64,000 bases of DNA, taken from positions 640,001 to 704,000 of the forward strand of contig JAKFCY010000002.1 in assembly GCA_036676395.1 (NCBI GenBank), written 5' to 3'. The notes beneath the pieces were generated by a model. It made no database searches. It was not told where the DNA came from and saw nothing but the letters and a program-made list of their open reading frames with translations. Numbering within the stretch: position 1 is the first letter of the stretch; each line of letters starts with the position of its first letter. Shown here one piece after another: positions 58,567 to 64,000 of this stretch. This DNA comes from Bdellovibrio sp. (lineage in GTDB: Bacteria; Bdellovibrionota; Bdellovibrionia; Bdellovibrionales; Bdellovibrionaceae). The translations under genes were made by a program, and so were the position numbers.

Positions 58567-59370
58567 TTAAAAATTAAATGCAAGGACGACAGCCCATTCT
58601 CTGACGTATTCATGATAAACCGATAAACTGCCAGAGTTAAATTTAAAGCCCGCTCCAAACCAAACTTGGTCATCATGGGTTTCTGTTTCGTCATTCACAT
58701 AGGTATCGTGCGAAACTGACAACGCTACATTTTGGCTTTGCACAAGCAAACCCGGTGTAACCATAATCACATCATCAGTTGTGGTTTCATTTTTGTGGGC
58801 TTTTTTGGAAGCGTCCAAAGAAAAAATAAAATTACTGGAAACGTATCCGTAACCCACACCGTAACTAGTGATATCGCTATCATCATCTTCAGCGTCGTAA
58901 AAATCAGCGACTAATCCTAATCGGTGACCTTGTCCTTTGCCGAACAGTATTCCCAGTGAATAATTATCTTCTTCGTGAAAACCAATTCCCAATGCAAAAG
59001 AACCTGTGCTAAATCCAGCAATGGCACCGGTTCTTCCTTCACAGTTATCGCAGTCATTTTTGTAGTGGCCAACGCCTAAGCCCACATCGCCACTGCCGAC
59101 ACCAAGCTCTACGCCGTAACCTTCGGCATTATTATTGTTATTATTACTTTCTTCATCTGTTTTGTCGTATTCCAGTGAAAGTTGAACACCGTTGTAATCG
59201 GCGGCCACAGCCGGATTAACATAGGTGAAACCGTGCGAATAATTAATCGGGGATGTGACCGCCGGGGTGCCGATACCTTGCGAGACGGCTAAAAATAGAG
59301 AATCATTTGTTTTTGCCTGCGATGTCGGACTAAAAAAAATAACTATGACGATGGCTAGAACCCATTTCAT
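58567..59370 (-). CDS. Putative outer-membrane beta-barrel protein
   Basis: GGAGG RBS, signal peptide, Gly/aromatic alternating strands, C-terminal Phe. Confidence 0.7.
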   Translation of the reverse strand: MKWVLAIVIVIFFSPTSQAKTNDSLFLAVSQGIGTPAVTSPINYSHGFTYVNPAVAADYNGVQLSLEYDKTDEESNNNNNNAEGYGVELGVGSGDVGLGVGHYKNDCDNCEGRTGAIAGFSTGSFALGIGFHEEDNYSLGILFGKGQGHRLGLVADFYDAEDDDSDITSYGVGYGYVSSNFIFSLDASKKAHKNETTTDDVIMVTPGLLVQSQNVALSVSHDTYVNDETETHDDQVWFGAGFKFNSGSLSVYHEYVREWAVVLAFNF

Positions 59371-59490
59371 AAAGGCCTCCTTTGGGGAGATTACCTGTAG
59401 TTTACTCCTCTTTTTTTAAGGTGGAGTAAAAAATATGAAATTTGTATCAGTACGAGAGATAGTCTAAGAGATTGTCGATATTTGTAAAAT

Positions 59491-59567
59491 TGGTGATTCC
59501 GGTACGATTCGAACGTACGACCCTCTCCTTAGAAGGGAGATGCTCTATCCAACTGAGCTACGGAACC
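59491..59567 (-). tRNA. tRNA-Arg (anticodon UCU)
   Basis: Minus strand GGTTCCG-TAGCTCAGTTGGATAGAGC-A-TCTCC-CTTCTAA-GGAGA...GTTCGAAT...CGGAATC-A-CCA; full cloverleaf, 77 nt. Confidence 0.95.
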
Positions 59568-59640
59568 ACGGTCTGTGAACTGAAAGAAACTATCAAATTT
59601 GGAGCGGATTGTTAAGCGCTTTTAGTAGCACTTATGCAAT

Positions 59641-60531
59641 TTATTTAACCACCTCTAGGGGCTGACCTAAGTTTAAAGCACAAAATGATCGGGTTTCGTG
59701 CGCTAAAAAGGGCTGCGAACTGTCTGTCAGAGGGGCTCCGTTCAAATCAGTGTAGCGGGTTAAGCTTGGGCCGCCGAATTGGATAGTTGTGCGTAAGTCC
59801 ACTTGCTGGTTCCAGCGATCAAGCATCATACCTGTAAAAGGATCTTTCATGCGAATACTAAAGTCATATTTGGAATTATCTAGCTTTGTCACTTCAGCAT
59901 AGAAAAACAATTCATGAATTTGTGGAGCCTGTGAAGCAAGATCAACAGTTGTTCTAAGAATTGTTACTTCGCCTCTTTTGGGGGTTGCGGAAACTGAAGT
60001 GTTAAATTGAAAATTCATTTCTGAATTATTGTTGTTAGGTACGGCGGTGCGATTGACGCTGATTTGGCATTCGGCAGATTTTACACTGGCTTGTAATTTA
60101 AAACTTAAAACATCTTTGATTTCTTTTTCAGTTAATAAAAATTCTTCGCCAAGATAAATTTGGTAAAGTCCAGAGGTGTTTTGCAGAATATTTGATGTTG
60201 CGCAGACCACAGTTTGATATTCGCCATCGCTTGTTTGTTCGAAAAGTAAAATTCCCTTCTGATTTACTGGAATATGTTCGCCGTTACAGTTTAGCCCATC
60301 TTGCCCTTGAATATCTAAATACACACTTTCAATGCCGCCGCGTAAAACTTTTTCGACGCGAACTCGCGCTTTGCCATTATAGATGGCTACGGTTTCAACT
60401 TTAGCGACAATCGTAGTTTTTCGTTGTGCTGCCTGCTGGGCATTGGCGAAACCCATGCAATCGCAGGCTTGTGATTGTGTAGAGAAGATAAATGCAGATA
60501 GCGAAATTAAAAGGCCAAAGCAGAAACGCAT
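59641..60531 (-). CDS. Secreted protein with a TIMP/NTR-like N-terminal domain (mature start CxC)
   Basis: AAGGAG RBS; signal ...SQA then CDC; V.KV...V.VEKVLRG...C pattern. Confidence 0.6.
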   Translation of the reverse strand: MRFCFGLLISLSAFIFSTQSQACDCMGFANAQQAAQRKTTIVAKVETVAIYNGKARVRVEKVLRGGIESVYLDIQGQDGLNCNGEHIPVNQKGILLFEQTSDGEYQTVVCATSNILQNTSGLYQIYLGEEFLLTEKEIKDVLSFKLQASVKSAECQISVNRTAVPNNNNSEMNFQFNTSVSATPKRGEVTILRTTVDLASQAPQIHELFFYAEVTKLDNSKYDFSIRMKDPFTGMMLDRWNQQVDLRTTIQFGGPSLTRYTDLNGAPLTDSSQPFLAHETRSFCALNLGQPLEVVK

Positions 60532-60641
60532 GAGTATGCTCCTTGTTTTGCGAACAACCTAGCAGAACGATGACAGATGCAAATACTTAATGCCTCTTGT
60601 TACCTGTTTACATTCATGACTACGCTCATCATCATTGTTAA

Positions 60642-61808
60642 ATGCGTTTATTTCTTGTAACCGTTTTTTGGCTTGTGTTCGGCGTGAAGGCTTTGGCCTA
60701 TCCGGATTTCATTGGTTACGGGTATCGTAGCTGTTTAGTTTGTCATGAATCGGGTAGCGGTGGTGGTGCTCTAACAGATTACGGTCGTGGCGTGTTCGCT
60801 TCTGAAATTGCAGCTAATCCGATCAAGCGCTGGATCAATGACGAAGAAGCTGCGCAAGTTTCAAATTTCTTAGGCCCCGTCGAATTTCCTTTTTGGTTGC
60901 GCATTGGTTTTAAATACCGGGCCTTAACTGTCGAACGCTCACCTGGTTCTGAGCAAAGCCGAATGTATCACTACAACATGCAAAATGATCTGAATTTGAA
61001 TTTTTTTGCTAATGAAGCCCATACCATCGGATTAATCACGACTGTGGGGTATGTTGAAAATCCACTTTCATTATATCCAAATAAAACGATGAAAGATGAT
61101 TCGTATTTATTTTACCGCGAATATTTTATTAAAGCTAACGTTGCTAAAGAATTTTGGATCTATGCCGGCATGATGGACAAAGTGTTTGGTATTAAAACCG
61201 TGAATCACACGTCTGTAAACCGCGCCCCTTTATCACTGGGGCAAAACGACCAGGTTCATGCTGGCCTTGTGCAATGGGCGCGTAAAGACGAAGATTTATT
61301 TTTTCAATACTGGGCGGGTAATTTGCATTTACCTAAAGCTGATCGCCGTTCTGGTGGAAGTTTTATGCTGGATAAAAAATGGGGCAGCATGCATGCGGCC
61401 GGGTTTAGTTTGTTAACTGAATCTAAAGAAGGCACTAAGCAAAATATTTTTTCACTGCACAACAAAATGGGTTTTCGTGACGGAAACTCACTGTTGATGG
61501 AAGGCGGTTACCGTGTTGAAACCACTGAACAGGCCGGCGTTTCAACCGACAGCAAAAGTTATTATATTTTTACGCAGAATAATTTAAATTTAACTCGCGG
61601 AGTATTTTTCTTGTCAGGTTTAGAAATTTCTAAAAATACCACCGAGTCGACAAATCCACAAAATCTGCGCTGGGATTTAGGTTTTTTAATTTTTCCGATT
61701 CAAAGAATGGAAGTTCGTTTTTCTGGAATTAACCAAAAAACATTAAGCGCTGAAGAGGCAGTTAAAGATCAATGGTCAATACAATCACAAATACATTTAT
61801 CTTTATAA
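60642..61808 (+). CDS. Outer-membrane beta-barrel with N-terminal CxxCH heme-binding motif
   Basis: Signal; YP.FI.YGY.SCLVCH...GGG.LTDYGR; amphipathic strands; ends QIHLSL. Confidence 0.7.
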   Translation: MRLFLVTVFWLVFGVKALAYPDFIGYGYRSCLVCHESGSGGGALTDYGRGVFASEIAANPIKRWINDEEAAQVSNFLGPVEFPFWLRIGFKYRALTVERSPGSEQSRMYHYNMQNDLNLNFFANEAHTIGLITTVGYVENPLSLYPNKTMKDDSYLFYREYFIKANVAKEFWIYAGMMDKVFGIKTVNHTSVNRAPLSLGQNDQVHAGLVQWARKDEDLFFQYWAGNLHLPKADRRSGGSFMLDKKWGSMHAAGFSLLTESKEGTKQNIFSLHNKMGFRDGNSLLMEGGYRVETTEQAGVSTDSKSYYIFTQNNLNLTRGVFFLSGLEISKNTTESTNPQNLRWDLGFLIFPIQRMEVRFSGINQKTLSAEEAVKDQWSIQSQIHLSL

Positions 61809-62488
61809 TCTTATCGCTCGCGATTAATGGAGCGTTTGCCGCTGATGAAGCAAAAGAGCTCATCCAGCAGGTGAAGCAAGCCCCTGCGCAAGGAGCGCCG
61901 GCGGCACCATCACGTAAACTTTTAAAACGCGTTCGTCGTAAAAGACCAGTCGTTACTGAAGCTGAGCTGATGTCTAAGATAGGCTTTTCTGCAGGGGCAG
62001 TGGCTTGGGGCGAACAAATTCTTCTAAGAACAGCAGATGGACGTACTGAAAATATTTTGGTCGAATACACTGGCCTTGCGGTGGGGTTAGATTACACACT
62101 TACGGGTGATCTGGCGGGTTGGTACACTTCAGTAAAAACAATGCTTCTTCAAGGTCAGGCGCAGGCCGAAGGTCAATCTATCACTTATCAAAACAAAGTC
62201 GATGCAGTCACAGCAGTTTTTGCCACGACAGGCCTTAGGTTTTACCCACATGAAAAAGTGAACGTAACTTTAAGTGCAGGGGCTACGTATTACAAATTGC
62301 AGCTAGAGCCACCGACTTCGGTAGTGACCAGCTACGATTTTAAATACTCTGAAGACATACAGCCTGTGGCCCAGTTGCAACTTGGGTGGATGCTAAACGA
62401 GTCATTATTATTTCAACAGGAGATCTTTGCCGCTGCTAAAAACAATGTTTCTGCCGGCTGGATTGTATCACTTGGATACGTTTTTTAG
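61772..62488 (+). CDS. Putative small outer-membrane beta-barrel protein
   Basis: Signal ...AFA; beta strands; C-terminal SLGYVF. Confidence 0.65.
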   Translation: MVNTITNTFIFIILSLAINGAFAADEAKELIQQVKQAPAQGAPAAPSRKLLKRVRRKRPVVTEAELMSKIGFSAGAVAWGEQILLRTADGRTENILVEYTGLAVGLDYTLTGDLAGWYTSVKTMLLQGQAQAEGQSITYQNKVDAVTAVFATTGLRFYPHEKVNVTLSAGATYYKLQLEPPTSVVTSYDFKYSEDIQPVAQLQLGWMLNESLLFQQEIFAAAKNNVSAGWIVSLGYVF

Positions 62489-62641
62489 ATTCTGATAGAC
62501 TTCGGGTGTCTAGGTAGTTTTCAAACGCAAAATTTCATAAATAAGTTCGACAGAGAAACGTCTTACGTAGATACGTTTTCGAAACTAGTCTATACAAATT
62601 AATTGTGTCCCCTCAAAATAGTAAGTGGGGGAACGAAAACT

Positions 62642-64000
62642 ATGCGCTATAAACATTCACTGTTTATTTCTTTTGTTGCTATTGGTTTGATGACCACTCA
62701 GAATTCTGGGGCTGCGAGCAAACTTAACGACGTTGAAATTTTCAATCGTTGTTATTTAAAGCTATTTAAAATGGTTGTGCCACGCACAGCAAGCCTTGGC
62801 AAAACTTTGACTGACACTATTTACAGTAGAAAAATTACGGGTCCTGCGGCTTGTATGGTTTTACTTGAGCAGTCTGAGTTCATGGATAATGGTAAACTTC
62901 GTGCCGCGAAGTACACGAATTACCCTAAGTTAAGCGAACAAGAGACAAAAAAACTTATCGCTAACTTACATAATTTTCACAACACATGGTTTAGTAAAAA
63001 AGCTTTCGTTTTTTCAACGAATGGATCTGACACGTCAACATATGCTATTAAAGATAATGATGAACCATCATTATACTTTACCCGCGCATTGTTTGGCAGT
63101 GGAGTTCCAATTTCAACGGCTTTCACAGGCACAAAGACCTTACGTGGTTTACGTGAAACACCAGATAAGTCGGCCACAAAACGTTGGCAGTCTAAACCGA
63201 TGAATATCTTAAATGAAGCTAACTTCGGTAATGCTGCGGGTTTTGTGATGGCTTCGGGCCCAGGTGCTACTGCGGCTTCGATTGTTGTCAAAGATGAAGA
63301 TCTTGTGCCATTTGGTAAATTGTACGGTGTTGAAGAAGCTAAACCATTGATTGTTCCGAATGTTGTGATCAGCGGGCAAGGTAATGTTTCGGCAACAATT
63401 CGTACGCAGATCGCGCAGGCAATTGCTTTAAAAAATAAAGATGTAAATTTATTCGAGCACTTAGGTGGCGGTATTTTAGGTTCGCAAGTTTTCATTATGA
63501 AAAACACGAATTTAAGTGTGGCCCAAATTGCTCCGGGCGCAAACAACGATAAAGATGATGTGGTTGCCCGTCGTATTTCAAGTCGTGTTTTTGAAGATTT
63601 ATTATGTCACCAAATGCCTACGCTGAGCGAAGCTGACGTGCGTGGTGATGTGATCGCGAATTCTCCGCATGGCTTTAGAATTAATTCTTCATGTATGGCT
63701 TGTCATACATCGTTAGATCCGATGGCGTATACAATGAGAAATTTTGCACCGTATAGAACTTCAAATAATGAAATGCCGCCGGCAACACCTGAAGGTAATG
63801 CCATTCGTGCTAAAGGAACTCCGGTTTTAGGTATTACAAGATTACCGGCAGTTGCAGGTTCAGGTCACTTTGCTTTACAAACGCCAATGGGGGCATTGAA
63901 CTATCGTGACCACACAAATAAGTTAATTAAAATTCCGGTGAAAAATTTAAATGAATTAGGTGCAGCGATTGCTAACAGCGATGATTTCTACCGTTGCGTA
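62642..64000 (+). CDS. Secreted c-type cytochrome-like protein (DUF1585/DUF1588-like); 3'-truncated, not in ORF track
   Basis: ATG 62642 (MRYKHSLFISFVAIGLM...); in-frame CMACHTSLDPMA at 63692; no stop seen before the window end. Confidence 0.75.
   Translation, partial: MRYKHSLFISFVAIGLMTTQNSGAASKLNDVEIFNRCYLKLFKMVVPRTASLGKTLTDTIYSRKITGPAACMVLLEQSEFMDNGKLRAAKYTNYPKLSEQETKKLIANLHNFHNTWFSKKAFVFSTNGSDTSTYAIKDNDEPSLYFTRALFGSGVPISTAFTGTKTLRGLRETPDKSATKRWQSKPMNILNEANFGNAAGFVMASGPGATAASIVVKDEDLVPFGKLYGVEEAKPLIVPNVVISGQGNVSATIRTQIAQAIALKNKDVNLFEHLGGGILGSQVFIMKNTNLSVAQIAPGANNDKDDVVARRISSRVFEDLLCHQMPTLSEADVRGDVIANSPHGFRINSSCMACHTSLDPMAYTMRNFAPYRTSNNEMPPATPEGNAIRAKGTPVLGITRLPAVAGSGHFALQTPMGALNYRDHTNKLIKIPVKNLNELGAAIANSDDFYRCV

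Noticed and set aside
59491..59567. tRNA-Arg as an integration site for an island or prophage
   Set aside because: No integrase nearby and no duplicated tRNA 3' end noticed.
62977..63546. 189-aa minus-strand ORF
   Set aside because: Antisense shadow of the plus-strand gene starting at 62642.

Overview
AT-rich bacterial chromosomal window. The gene content points to a predatory Bdellovibrionota (Bdellovibrio/Pseudobdellovibrio-like) genome: two giant S74-chaperone fibre adhesins, two TIGR02147/DUF4423 proteins, many secreted hypothetical proteins and sigma28-like motifs. The taxonomy is inferred from gene content only. About 60 CDS and one tRNA-Arg(UCU) were found; no rRNA, CRISPR array or prophage. 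Main blocks: fibre adhesin 1 (5'-truncated, 1-5261); housekeeping/redox genes (7-18 kb); a stress/repair block (Ku-LigD, DUF6766, Lon, Hsp20; 18-26 kb); a stand-alone rpsD; fibre adhesin 2 (29.9-36.5 kb) followed by an HUH/Y1 transposase-like gene; alpha-amylase; a general-stress/hydrophilin block (38.9-41.6 kb); hybrid kinase, RecQ, DEAD-box helicase; a second TIGR02147 module; MtgA; a FAN1-DEDDh fusion; and a heme-motif beta-barrel/cytochrome locus running off the 3' end. Best leads: (1) an identical MGRGKPVE tag, kept through synonymous codon changes, on two unrelated secreted cell-envelope enzymes, both with near-leaderless sigma28-like promoters; (2) TIGR02147 genes paired twice with secreted proteins whose mature N-terminus is GGxxVG; (3) a 12-bp GC-rich inverted repeat upstream of and inside the HUH gene; (4) sigma54-like motifs before general-stress/NHEJ genes; (5) a structured RNA plus terminator between hsp20 and lon. 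All family calls come from motif recognition by eye, not database searches.
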